From positions 1 through 54,421 of the IMG/VR virus record IMGVR_UViG_3300049737_000325: DNA of 54,421 bases; one strand, given 5' to 3'. The translations under genes were made by a program, and so were the position numbers. Position 1 is the stretch's first letter; the number at the start of each line of letters is the position of its first letter. Shown here one piece after another: positions 1 through 9,547 of the stretch. Under the pieces are notes generated by a model. The model did no database searches, was not told the origin of the DNA, and worked only from the letters and a program-made list of their open reading frames with translations. This DNA is from a virus (taxonomy: Duplodnaviria > Caudoviricetes).

Positions 1-162
1 TCTGTTACTTAATTCTGATTTAATTAGATTTCTTATGAACCCGCTAACGGATATGGGACGAGTCTCATTATCCAAAGCGTCGTTCAGAATAATCCTGTTT
101 ACTTCCCTGACTTCCTCTTCGGTAAGCAGTACTTGTAATTTTTTTGTTAGTTTATCGCTCAT
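1..162 (-). CDS. small putative ribbon-helix-helix DNA-binding protein (runs off the window end)
   Basis: Not in ORF track; read manually: MSDKLTKKLQVLLTEEEVREVNRIILNDALDNETRPISVSGFIRNLIKSELSNR... has an alternating beta-strand, a helix and an 'SVSGFIR' second helix as in RHH proteins. Confidence 0.55.
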   Translation of the reverse strand, partial: MSDKLTKKLQVLLTEEEVREVNRIILNDALDNETRPISVSGFIRNLIKSELSNR

Positions 163-204
163 AATCTCTTATTAACTGAATATTATATTATGTTTTTTAA
201 AGTT

Positions 205-237
205 AAAAAAAGAACGTGTTGTTTAGACACGTTCTTT
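205..237 (-). terminator. intrinsic terminator after tail tube gene
   Basis: Inverted repeat AAAGAACGTGT/ACACGTTCTTT flanked by an A-run (U-tract on the minus strand). Confidence 0.75.
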
Positions 238-254
238 ATACTTAATTTATTAAA

Positions 255-812
255 TTAGTTCAACTCTTCTGAAAAAGTATCACACTTCCAACCTACTTCT
301 AATGCTACTGCGTCAGCTGACTCGTAGTTAAGTTCACCAACAAGGTTTACACCTGAAGTGATGAAACAATCATCTAAAGTAATTTTTCTGTAAATATCAC
401 CTTCTCTGTTAAATTGTACAACAACTATTGTACCAACATAATTCTTTTTAAGACCCATTTCTCCAGTTTCTGGATTATATTGAGCTCTATACCATTGTCT
501 TAATGTTTTATACAAGTAAGCTTGGTTAGAATCATTTAAGTTAAGCGAGAAGCTAACTGTAATATCAATTGCAGTTGCACCAGGCATACCAGCGTAAGAT
601 CTATCGGAAAACTTATATTTTTGTCCGATTGCATCTACTGCAGGAGCCATAGTATCTAATCCACTGATTGAATTAACGTGTTGTAAAAGGAACTCTTGTC
701 CAGCAACTCCATCCGGTGGTAAAATTGTTACCTCGAATAGGTTAGCTTGAACGGGCTCGAAGTTTCTTCCCTTCTTGCTAGTTTGGTCCTCTGAATAATG
801 TGGTAAAGCCAT
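255..812 (-). CDS. gp19: tail tube protein (T4 gp19-like)
   Basis: 185 aa directly downstream of the sheath; gp19-like elements (LRQWY..YNPETG, IVVVQFNREG, ELNYE). Confidence 0.85.
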   Translation of the reverse strand: MALPHYSEDQTSKKGRNFEPVQANLFEVTILPPDGVAGQEFLLQHVNSISGLDTMAPAVDAIGQKYKFSDRSYAGMPGATAIDITVSFSLNLNDSNQAYLYKTLRQWYRAQYNPETGEMGLKKNYVGTIVVVQFNREGDIYRKITLDDCFITSGVNLVGELNYESADAVALEVGWKCDTFSEELN

Positions 813-834
813 ATCTTTAATTTCTTATTTTATT

Positions 835-842
835 TATATATC
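835..842 (-). promoter_or_regulatory. putative late promoter GATATATA (overlaps a canonical T4 TATAAATA at 831-838)
   Basis: One of 14 exact intergenic or gene-boundary copies: 835, 3726, 6259, 8288, 14575, 18562, 18946, 20603, 23378, 24474, 25328, 38120, 45797, 53564. Confidence 0.7.
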
Positions 843-851
843 GTTGTTTTC

Positions 852-3692
852 TTATGCAAAGTTACCCGTTGCGATTTCACCTGTATTTAATACTGTTACT
901 CTCGATACTAAGATTTCAAGACCTTTAACTGGTTCTACGAACGTATCTAAGATTCCCATGTTGTTATCGATAACCTCAGACGTGTTGTTTGAGCCATCCA
1001 TGATATTCTTATAGTCGTATACACCACCATCTTTCTTCACTGATTCCATAAAGTTATCAGCTAGAGTTTTGATCTCTAATCTAGTTTGAGCGCTATTGAA
1101 TTCAAATAGGTAGTTCTTAAGGATTTCTGCAAGACCGTCTTCAATGTAAATTAATACTTCTCTTACGTGAGCTGAAGATAATGCTGATTGAACTCCTTGT
1201 TGTGCAGTCTTGTTACCTTTAATAGTTAAACCTACGCCTCTTTCGAATACGATTGGGTTGTAACCAAATGGCTCAAGAATATCTCTATCATTCTTATCAA
1301 ATGAGAACTCTAAAGATTGTACTCCAGTACCACCTACAACTCCTCTTCTTGGACCTGCGATGATTGACCATGGTAATGCATCTAAATATTTGTCAATATA
1401 GTTGTTTGATACGTAAGCTGCTGGTGGAATTACTTTAGTTCTTCCATTCTCAATTACATTAAGACCAGGACCGTAGTAGAATGCGTAAGATGCACCTTCG
1501 TTGATCGATGGTAATGTGTAAAGAGATGTTGGATTAGTATCTAAGTTACCTCCTGTTGCAACGTGACGTACATTAAATCCGTAAGGAGCAAATGAGTCTT
1601 TAAACGTTGGGTTAGTTGCTGCTTTAAGTTCTTTCACCATTGGTGCGTTAAGAATTGCTGCTGCATTTTGTCTTTCTTTACATAAGAATGATAATTCTTC
1701 CTTATTTAAGATTGATCCGTTCTCTAAAGAACCAAATGTATCAACTACATATCTAAATGTAATGTTGTCTTTATCTACTAAAGCGTTACCTAAACCAGTA
1801 CCTGGCTTAATTGCTGCTAGTAATTCTGCAATTGTTTTTGCAGTTTGTGTTCCACCTTCTAATGGGAATGTCTTATAGAATCCAGAAGCGTCTTCGTATC
1901 TCTTAAGTGCGTAAGCTGGTCTTAAAGAAACTACTCTGTGAGTTTCAAATCTATAATAAGTTACATCATCTACAAATGTTTTAACGATTTTCTTAACTCT
2001 AGATAGTTTACCACCATCACCTGGTATATACATTCCTACTTTAATATCAGCGTTTAATACACCAACACCATTGTAAGAATAAGTAAAGCTACCTGCGCCA
2101 TTGTCATCCCAGTTCCAACCAGCACTTAGTGTAGGGAACATTTCTGCTCTATGGTTTGGAGATAATGTCCAAACATCAAAACTAGTATTGATTTTAGTTA
2201 TGTAGACACCTAATTCAACTGCTTGTGCATTTGCGTAGTCTGTACTAAATCCAATATTTCCAACTGGAGATATAGTTACAACACCAGTTACGTTATCAAC
2301 TTCAATGTTATTGATTGCTACATATTCACCTGCATTTTCAGATAGTAAGAATGCGTCTCCACCTGTTTGTAAATCACCATAATCAAATGGTCCAGCTGAA
2401 ATTACTAAGTTACCATCACCATCAACTATGATAGATACTGGGTTTTGCCATGTTGCAGAAACTCCAGTTTCGAATTTTTCATAAGATTTAGAGATATTAC
2501 CTAAAGCAGTAATAACTACATCACCACCTATATCTTCTATCTTATCGATTTTAACAAATTCTTTATCAACTAGTGCTTTTAAATATTTAGCATCAGTAAG
2601 TTCTGGGCTAAGTGCAGCTGCAGTAGCTGTTCCATCTTTAATAGTTAATACTGCACCATCAACAGAAACTATAGCACCGAATTGGGTTAAATCTATATTG
2701 TTGCTAGTTTTTTCTTGATTTACTTTATGTGATAATACTTCATAATCTTGGTAGATGTCAAAGTTATTACCGATTAAATCGATTTGTGGAAGTGCATCTT
2801 CTTGTACAGCACAGAATAAACCTGTTCTTCTAGCCTCCATATTAATTAGAGTTTCGATGTACATTTGATTACCTTCAGCATCAATAAATTCAGGGATTAA
2901 AGATAATCCATTATATTGTGCTAAAAGAGTTACTTCTCTTAATCCAGCGAATTTAGCAAATTGTGATTTTAATAAACCATCTTGATCAAAATAGTCTCCG
3001 TAGTTAGGATCATTGTTTAATTCAGTAGCGTCAAATTTACCTTTAAATACAAATACATCTACTAAGTAGTCTGATACGTATTCATCAGCTTCAACTCCTT
3101 CTGGAATGTTAGTTTCACCATACCACTCTCTTGCAGTTAATTCAAAACCTCTAGTATCAGCAGCTTGTCTGACGATAATTGTAATAGGATCTTGTTTAAT
3201 GTTTACGAAAGTGATTCCGTGGTTAGTATCTTCTGAAACAGCAGTTAATAACTTTTCATCAGAAGGATTCCAAAACTTATCAATATCAAATACATCGCTA
3301 AATTTCTTAGCTAATACATCAGATGCTTGAATAGTGTTAGCAGATAAACCTTCCGCAGAAGAGTTAGTTGCTGGAGAGAATACTGATACTTTATCAGCGT
3401 CATCATCAGCAGTTAAGTTTAATGCTAAAATTGGTCCTCTAGATAAAGCTTCAATAGCTGATCTGTGGAAGAACATGTTTTTCTTTTCTAGTGACTTATC
3501 AATACCACCGAAAACTTGTTTAAATTGTTCAACATCTTCTACTAATACTGGAGTATTGTAAGGACCTTTGTTAGATCTACCTACAACCAATCTAATAGTC
3601 TCAGCTGGGATGTTCACGGTTTGTGATTTGTCAAACTCTAAGCGATATACGCCTGAGCTTTTGAACTGTAGTAATTGAGGACTTAATGCCAT
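852..3692 (-). CDS. gp18: contractile tail sheath protein (T4 gp18-like) with large central insertion
   Basis: N-terminal SSGVYRLEFDKS..GRSNKGP; C-terminal sheath domain (PWSIIAGPRRG, GNKT, FEFNSAQTR, MDGSNNTSEVID). Confidence 0.92.
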   Translation of the reverse strand: MALSPQLLQFKSSGVYRLEFDKSQTVNIPAETIRLVVGRSNKGPYNTPVLVEDVEQFKQVFGGIDKSLEKKNMFFHRSAIEALSRGPILALNLTADDDADKVSVFSPATNSSAEGLSANTIQASDVLAKKFSDVFDIDKFWNPSDEKLLTAVSEDTNHGITFVNIKQDPITIIVRQAADTRGFELTAREWYGETNIPEGVEADEYVSDYLVDVFVFKGKFDATELNNDPNYGDYFDQDGLLKSQFAKFAGLREVTLLAQYNGLSLIPEFIDAEGNQMYIETLINMEARRTGLFCAVQEDALPQIDLIGNNFDIYQDYEVLSHKVNQEKTSNNIDLTQFGAIVSVDGAVLTIKDGTATAAALSPELTDAKYLKALVDKEFVKIDKIEDIGGDVVITALGNISKSYEKFETGVSATWQNPVSIIVDGDGNLVISAGPFDYGDLQTGGDAFLLSENAGEYVAINNIEVDNVTGVVTISPVGNIGFSTDYANAQAVELGVYITKINTSFDVWTLSPNHRAEMFPTLSAGWNWDDNGAGSFTYSYNGVGVLNADIKVGMYIPGDGGKLSRVKKIVKTFVDDVTYYRFETHRVVSLRPAYALKRYEDASGFYKTFPLEGGTQTAKTIAELLAAIKPGTGLGNALVDKDNITFRYVVDTFGSLENGSILNKEELSFLCKERQNAAAILNAPMVKELKAATNPTFKDSFAPYGFNVRHVATGGNLDTNPTSLYTLPSINEGASYAFYYGPGLNVIENGRTKVIPPAAYVSNNYIDKYLDALPWSIIAGPRRGVVGGTGVQSLEFSFDKNDRDILEPFGYNPIVFERGVGLTIKGNKTAQQGVQSALSSAHVREVLIYIEDGLAEILKNYLFEFNSAQTRLEIKTLADNFMESVKKDGGVYDYKNIMDGSNNTSEVIDNNMGILDTFVEPVKGLEILVSRVTVLNTGEIATGNFA

Positions 3693-3750
3693 AATCTTTT
3701 AGTTGTTATTTTTTAATTCTTTTATTATATATCCTTGTCTTTTTGCAAAT

Positions 3751-5583
3751 TTATTTAAGTAGGTCATAAATATCATATTGTAAATCTCCTTGCTGGTCAC
3801 TGTCTTTAAATAAGATGCTTTCCATCTCGTCGTGAACCGCAGGATCTATGAAATCTAAGATCTCCTCAATGAAATCTGCATAATCCGTTGTATTAAAAAA
3901 TTCAGTCGCAGTAATACATGTCATAATAACATCATCGTTCCCCATTTGAGCGCCATAACTACCGTTTGGTAAAGTACCAAATAAGGATGCCTCAGTCACT
4001 GTAACTTCATCAGTTAAATCTATTCTATTTATCTTATACAATTTTGCAAAGTTCTGACAAAAGATAGCTTTATTGTCAGATTTTAGTTTTATTCCTGGTT
4101 TTATTGTCTTTGCGTCGTGTCTATGTCTGAATTTTACTATCATCTCATCGTCAAAATCATTTCTTTGTGGAAATATACTTCTTAGATACTGGAATAAAAC
4201 TGTACCATAAGTATTATACTCTACAATCATTTTTACGTTTTCAGAGTTAAAGACGTCTACTGCTAAAGTATAAAGTACTTTCGCAAAATCTTCGATGACA
4301 TGTTCATTAGATTTAAACCTAGCAACTTGTTCAAATTTAAAAAAGTCGTACATCGCACCAGGATTAATAACGTTCTTAATTTCTTCTGAATTCATCGGAG
4401 CGACTTTAAAAATATTAATAACGGAGGAATCACCACCATTACCTTCTGCAATATCTACTGAGAACAACCAAAAGTTTTCAGTATCTTTACAAGTATCAAT
4501 ATCAAAGTTTGGATCCCATTCTAAGAAGCCCTTTGTATCAATACTAATATAGTCGAATTCATTAAAGTCATGATAGACATAAGGCTTCATTCTCTTTCTC
4601 ATCTTCTTCATATCGACTGGGTCTAATAAGAGGTTGGATGAGGAAACGAATTCATTCCCATATTGTTTATTAAAGGCTTCAATCGAACCTAGGTTAGCAA
4701 GCTCTCTTTCATACCATGCCTCGTCTCTATCTGGATGTTGCCACCAATCTATTCTCGTTGCTAAGTATTCATTATCATTACGATCTGCCGCAGCATAGAT
4801 TTGATAGAACTTATTAAATCCGTTTGGTGTAGATGTAATTGTTATTCTTGAGACTTTCGATGAGGATAATGTAGGATATACATTCTCGTAGAAAGAATCA
4901 GCAATCGATGGATGGACGTGGGCAAACTCATCTAGGTATAGATTATGGATTGTAAAACCAATACCAGATTTTGCTGTGGTTGATTGTCCTATTAGTCGAC
5001 AACCATTATCACATCTCACATTCATGACATCATATTTAATAATACCAGGTTTCATAAAGAACGGTAGGTTCTCGATTACTGTTTTGGCTTTATCAATAAT
5101 TTCTTTTGTTGAATCAGATTTATTCGCAAGTAGCAAAGTATTCTTATCCATATTAAAGGTAACATACCATGCATTAAAAATAGATGCGGTAACTGTTTTA
5201 CCCATTTGTCGAGCAGCAAGAACAATATTAAATCTATCATTCTGGAAATTCCTCAACATATCCTTCTGGTAATCTCTCAACTTTACTTGTTGAATACCCT
5301 CATCGGTCATTACTACTGCATACTTCTCTGCAAAATAGACAATGTCCTTGGCACATCTAGCTAACTCGGTAATTTCCTCATCAGTATATTCAAATACAAT
5401 ATTACCCTTCTTTAGAAATTGTCTACCCTCGTAGAATGGTAACTTAATCTTAGGACGATAACCCTGGTCCATAGCCACTAACAGATCATCGATCTGTCGG
5501 GTAGACCATACAATCCTATCAGCAGAAGCATTAACTCCTTCTTCTTTTGGGATCCATTTATTATCTCCTATTCCGTCTGACAT
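3751..5583 (-). CDS. gp17: terminase large subunit (gp17)
   Basis: LRDYQ adenine motif, Walker A ARQMGKT, Walker B LYLDEFAH, TSTPNG, nuclease acidic residues (SVDIAEG, NDDVIM). Confidence 0.95.
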   Translation of the reverse strand: MSDGIGDNKWIPKEEGVNASADRIVWSTRQIDDLLVAMDQGYRPKIKLPFYEGRQFLKKGNIVFEYTDEEITELARCAKDIVYFAEKYAVVMTDEGIQQVKLRDYQKDMLRNFQNDRFNIVLAARQMGKTVTASIFNAWYVTFNMDKNTLLLANKSDSTKEIIDKAKTVIENLPFFMKPGIIKYDVMNVRCDNGCRLIGQSTTAKSGIGFTIHNLYLDEFAHVHPSIADSFYENVYPTLSSSKVSRITITSTPNGFNKFYQIYAAADRNDNEYLATRIDWWQHPDRDEAWYERELANLGSIEAFNKQYGNEFVSSSNLLLDPVDMKKMRKRMKPYVYHDFNEFDYISIDTKGFLEWDPNFDIDTCKDTENFWLFSVDIAEGNGGDSSVINIFKVAPMNSEEIKNVINPGAMYDFFKFEQVARFKSNEHVIEDFAKVLYTLAVDVFNSENVKMIVEYNTYGTVLFQYLRSIFPQRNDFDDEMIVKFRHRHDAKTIKPGIKLKSDNKAIFCQNFAKLYKINRIDLTDEVTVTEASLFGTLPNGSYGAQMGNDDVIMTCITATEFFNTTDYADFIEEILDFIDPAVHDEMESILFKDSDQQGDLQYDIYDLLK

Positions 5584-5584
5584 A

Positions 5585-6241
5585 TTATTCTTCTGTTGGT
5601 TCTACGTCTTCAATATCATCTTCTGACGCTCCGTGAATACCTGCTTGTATTGCAGCCATTAAGTCTTTTGTACCTCTTTGAATATTTTTATTACTAGAAT
5701 CTCCGCCAGCACCTTCAATTTCAGATTGATTTGCTCGTTGTTGATATATCTCAATATCTCTAGCAATTCTTTTTGTGCCCTCTTCTGCAGCCATTAAATA
5801 CATGGTCTGAGATTTAATAATATCTAACATTGACTTTTGTAAAGTTGCTAACACCTCAAACATTCTAGGTGCTAATTCACCAGAGTCAATTGTTTCTAGT
5901 AGAGTAGTTAGTGCTTTTTCACCTGCTTGTAACTGGTATATTAATGACGCCATTGTCATTTCATCCATTTGTTTTTTAGCAGCGATATATTCGTCTTTTT
6001 CAATAATATCTGCATCGAGATAAAACTTCATAAGACTGGTTATAGTCTTTTGTGCCTTCTTAGTTGCACCAGACTTTAATTCAGTATAATTAACCTGTGG
6101 CGCTAGGGCAGTAGGTTTAGCTTGAATTGGCAAATCTTTAGGATCGTTTTCAACATCAAGTGGACTATCTCCAATCAATGCATCTAATTCTAATCTAATA
6201 TCATCTGCTTGTTCAGCTATTGTCTTTTTCTTTTCACTCAT
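5585..6241 (-). CDS. gp16: probable terminase small subunit (gp16-like)
   Basis: Helical protein immediately upstream of gp17 with own late promoter; APRMFEVLATL resembles the gp16 PRxxEV motif. Confidence 0.65.
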   Translation of the reverse strand: MSEKKKTIAEQADDIRLELDALIGDSPLDVENDPKDLPIQAKPTALAPQVNYTELKSGATKKAQKTITSLMKFYLDADIIEKDEYIAAKKQMDEMTMASLIYQLQAGEKALTTLLETIDSGELAPRMFEVLATLQKSMLDIIKSQTMYLMAAEEGTKRIARDIEIYQQRANQSEIEGAGGDSSNKNIQRGTKDLMAAIQAGIHGASEDDIEDVEPTEE

Positions 6242-6309
6242 AATATTATATTATATAATATATATCTATGTTAGTTTGTGTAACAAATTTAATCTATTTG
6301 TGTTACAAA

Positions 6310-8256
6310 TTACCTATTTTGGTTATACTTTCTTAATTGTATCGAAGGAATTGCGTTATCAATAATATGTGTTAGTCTATTATCTCTAACAATATATTGC
6401 TGTAACATATTCGTGTGTTGGTCTTTACCGATAATCTTAGTGTACAATCTAATATTAGTCATTGCTAATTTACCTGGCATTAAAGCCCATTTCTGTGATG
6501 TTACCCAACCTTGACTAGTACTTAATTCAAAATTCTGGTCCATTACATTAATTAACGTATCTGAGACTGACATTGCAGTTAATGTATTACTCTTAGGATT
6601 TAATTGATATACATTAGCAGATGTATTTAAATATGTATTATTAAGGTTATAGATAACACCATACCATTCTCCATTTATTGGCTGTGTATCAAATGGATAT
6701 GTTAATGTAAGATCATTTATATAAGCCTTAACGTGTGTTTTATTTACAGTTAATTTAAGCCCTTTAGTTCCAGTCATTCCATCAAATAAAGTTTGCTCTG
6801 CAGAATCAGATGTAAAATTAGGTTTAAACCATGCAGAGAATGCAAGATTATCTTTTGTAGATAGTTGTGAGAATTTCTTATAGACTAAACACTCAATACC
6901 TAAATCTTTTACAGATTCTAGATCATAATTGTTTTTACTAATAATAGTCCATTTATTTCTTAACTCACCATCACTAATAACTAATCCATTGTGAATTCTT
7001 TCTCTAATACCATCACCAACTTCTGAGAACATTGTTTGATATTGTTCTGGTTTAGTTGATTGTCTGTACTCATCTTGAATTTCTTCTCCAAATACTTCTT
7101 CAACTCCAGTATAAAGATCGTCTAATGTTTGATCTATTGCAACTCCAGCTGCATCGTCTCCTACTATTGTAGAAGTTCTCTCTTCGTACTTCTTTAACAT
7201 TACTCTCCAGTAAGTCATAGACTGATTAAATTCATCAGCAAAACTAACTGAACTTACCTCGTACATTCTATTCATTATTGGAATGTACATATAATCTCTT
7301 GGTCTTGGAGCAATATTAGTACCGAATGCTTTTTCCATTTGACCTTTTGTAATATGAATTTCAAAATCTTCAAAGCCCATACCAAAAATATCGTATGTAA
7401 ACTCTCTAGTTGGCATTGCATTATCTGGAACGACAATTTTAAGATCTGACATATCCTTTACATTGTATAAAGAATACTCCATTAATACAACATCCTTAGA
7501 TCTCTTATCAGGTTCTACTCTAAAATACTTTGTATTATGTCCCCACATTTCTGAAGCCAATTCACTTATTTCAGAATAAATTGCAGTTGGTCTACTTAAA
7601 TTATATGGGTCATATATTGGATCTGAGCAATCAATTACAATATTAGTACATCCTGCAACATAAGGATCGTCACAATCTGTACATAATTGAGGACATGATT
7701 GAATAGTTCCTGCTTCTGTTTCTAATTCAAATGTAACTGATAAAAGACTAACTGTATGTAATAAAGATAGTCTATTTACTTCAGCTTTAACATCTATCCA
7801 CAATGGTTTTAATGGATCAAATTCTAAATTAGTAATAGCAACACCTAAAGGTTTTAATGGAGACATTTCACCACCATCACTGCCTACTGCATTTTGTGAC
7901 CATCTATATTCAAATGTAAAGTTATTATCAGTATCTGGGAATTCATACCATTTTGCTGCTTCTGCAGTAAATGTAGCATCTTCTACAGTAGTAATAGTAT
8001 TTGCTATAATTGTATCTACTGTAAAAGTTTGAGAACCTACGATAAACTGATCACCAGGAGTAAGAGTCCATGCAACGCCAGTACCAATAATAGTTTTAGA
8101 ACCTGCCGTTAATTGTACTGTTCCAATACTGGTTGGTGAATTAACACCATACAGAATAGACCAATTCAGAACCTTTTTTACGTCTAAGTAAGGTTCTTGT
8201 AATTTAGCGAAGAAATAGTCTCCGATTGCGCTTGCTGTAAAATTTGTTACTGCCAT
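6310..8256 (-). CDS. gp14: neck protein (gp14-like core) with N-terminal extension and C-terminal LamG/ConA-like domain
   Basis: Central region (FGMGFEDFEIHI, PRPRDYMYIP..NRMYEV, WRVMLKKYE) resembles gp14; C-terminal AFSAWFKP..WYGVIY..IRLY is LamG-like. Confidence 0.65.
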   Translation of the reverse strand: MAVTNFTASAIGDYFFAKLQEPYLDVKKVLNWSILYGVNSPTSIGTVQLTAGSKTIIGTGVAWTLTPGDQFIVGSQTFTVDTIIANTITTVEDATFTAEAAKWYEFPDTDNNFTFEYRWSQNAVGSDGGEMSPLKPLGVAITNLEFDPLKPLWIDVKAEVNRLSLLHTVSLLSVTFELETEAGTIQSCPQLCTDCDDPYVAGCTNIVIDCSDPIYDPYNLSRPTAIYSEISELASEMWGHNTKYFRVEPDKRSKDVVLMEYSLYNVKDMSDLKIVVPDNAMPTREFTYDIFGMGFEDFEIHITKGQMEKAFGTNIAPRPRDYMYIPIMNRMYEVSSVSFADEFNQSMTYWRVMLKKYEERTSTIVGDDAAGVAIDQTLDDLYTGVEEVFGEEIQDEYRQSTKPEQYQTMFSEVGDGIRERIHNGLVISDGELRNKWTIISKNNYDLESVKDLGIECLVYKKFSQLSTKDNLAFSAWFKPNFTSDSAEQTLFDGMTGTKGLKLTVNKTHVKAYINDLTLTYPFDTQPINGEWYGVIYNLNNTYLNTSANVYQLNPKSNTLTAMSVSDTLINVMDQNFELSTSQGWVTSQKWALMPGKLAMTNIRLYTKIIGKDQHTNMLQQYIVRDNRLTHIIDNAIPSIQLRKYNQNR

Positions 8257-8286
8257 TAATGAAAGAAGCTAGGCTTCTATTTTTTA

Positions 8287-8937
8287 TTATATATCTGACT
8301 CCCAATCAGTGATTAAAAGCATTTCAGGATTATCTCCTTCATGATGCTCTAAAGCTTGTATAAATGTATTAGTTACTGCCAATACTTCGACTGTATTATT
8401 TTCAGCCTGGAATAGATCTAAAGAGCTTAAAAAATCTCTTAATTTAAATATTTTAAACTTTTCATATTCTTTAAAGAGGCCTGCTTTTATTAAAATAGAA
8501 TTAGCCAACTTAAGTTCATGTTGTTCATTAAACATATCGAACATTCTCATAGAGCCTCTTAGTGTTTTAATATCGTATTTAATAGTTTTTACCTGATCTA
8601 CTTTTACAATTCTATTATAGCTAGAGTTTGCATTAAGATTTACTCTAATAAATGATAGGTTTGGCATTGATTGAAAGATCTGCCATATAAAATAAATTGA
8701 AGTAGCTTCTTTATGAATATTAATATCGCTTACTGTACGAAATCTGTTAACCTCATTTGAAAACTTTTTATTTAAATATTGTTCCATACGATCTTTGCTA
8801 ACTAAAAAACTAAAAGAAGTCATAGATCTGGAGTTGGTATCTCTACTGATAATACCCCATAACTTTAAATCTATAGAATTATACTTGTATAAAGTAATAT
8901 CTATAATCTCTGTAAAAATATCATTTGCCTGTTGCAT
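8287..8937 (-). CDS. hypothetical protein
   Basis: 216-aa ORF overlapping the upstream gene; no recognised motif. Confidence 0.55.
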   Translation of the reverse strand: MQQANDIFTEIIDITLYKYNSIDLKLWGIISRDTNSRSMTSFSFLVSKDRMEQYLNKKFSNEVNRFRTVSDINIHKEATSIYFIWQIFQSMPNLSFIRVNLNANSSYNRIVKVDQVKTIKYDIKTLRGSMRMFDMFNEQHELKLANSILIKAGLFKEYEKFKIFKLRDFLSSLDLFQAENNTVEVLAVTNTFIQALEHHEGDNPEMLLITDWESDI

Positions 8938-9355
8938 ATACCTCTATCTGTTCTTCAATTTTTTTTAAATCTGCGTATAGAGAATCCTTAGCGAATACTT
9001 TTAATTCGTTAAACTCTCTATTGCCGATCTCATTTTTATTCATATAAATCTCTACAGCTCTTTCGCTTGGATTATATTTATCTGGCGTATTTTTCTTAGC
9101 TTTTTTAGTCTTAGTATAAAACCACCGTGGAACAGATTGAAATCTAGAGGCAACTACTGACCAGCATTCTACCACATTACCACCATTTATGCCATTAACA
9201 TTAAACATCTGTGCATTTGCAGGATATTTAATTGACATAAAACGATTTATCATAAAGTGGTGTCGCCTTTTAGTATGTTGTTTTATTTTCTTATATTGTT
9301 GTGGCTTTGTAAACATTATTTTTACAAAGTCAAACAGTTTAGTATCGTCTAGCAT
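8921..9355 (-). CDS. gp62: probable clamp loader small subunit (gp62-like)
   Basis: LFDFVK N-terminus, FMINRFMS motif, basic W/K-rich segment, size and proximity to gp44. Confidence 0.55.
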   Translation of the reverse strand: MLDDTKLFDFVKIMFTKPQQYKKIKQHTKRRHHFMINRFMSIKYPANAQMFNVNGINGGNVVECWSVVASRFQSVPRWFYTKTKKAKKNTPDKYNPSERAVEIYMNKNEIGNREFNELKVFAKDSLYADLKKIEEQIEVYATGK

Positions 9356-9384
9356 GTTAGTTATATGTTCTTAAAGGGTAAAGT

Positions 9385-9546
9385 TTACCCTATTAGTGTG
9401 TTAAATGCATGTTGATGTGCATCCACTTTTGAAAGATTATGAAGCATCTCTATTTTAGTAGCAAGTTCTATAACTTCTGGTTTTAGACCATGCGCGTTTG
9501 CTTCTGCTAATATTTCTTCAATTTGAATATAATCCGTTAATGTCAT
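9385..9546 (-). CDS. small hypothetical protein (53 aa)
   Basis: Read manually: MTLTDYIQIEEILAEANAHGLKPEVIELATKIEMLHNLSKVDAHQHAFNTLIG*, fills the gap right after rnh. Confidence 0.55.
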   Translation of the reverse strand: MTLTDYIQIEEILAEANAHGLKPEVIELATKIEMLHNLSKVDAHQHAFNTLIG

Positions 9547-9547
9547 A

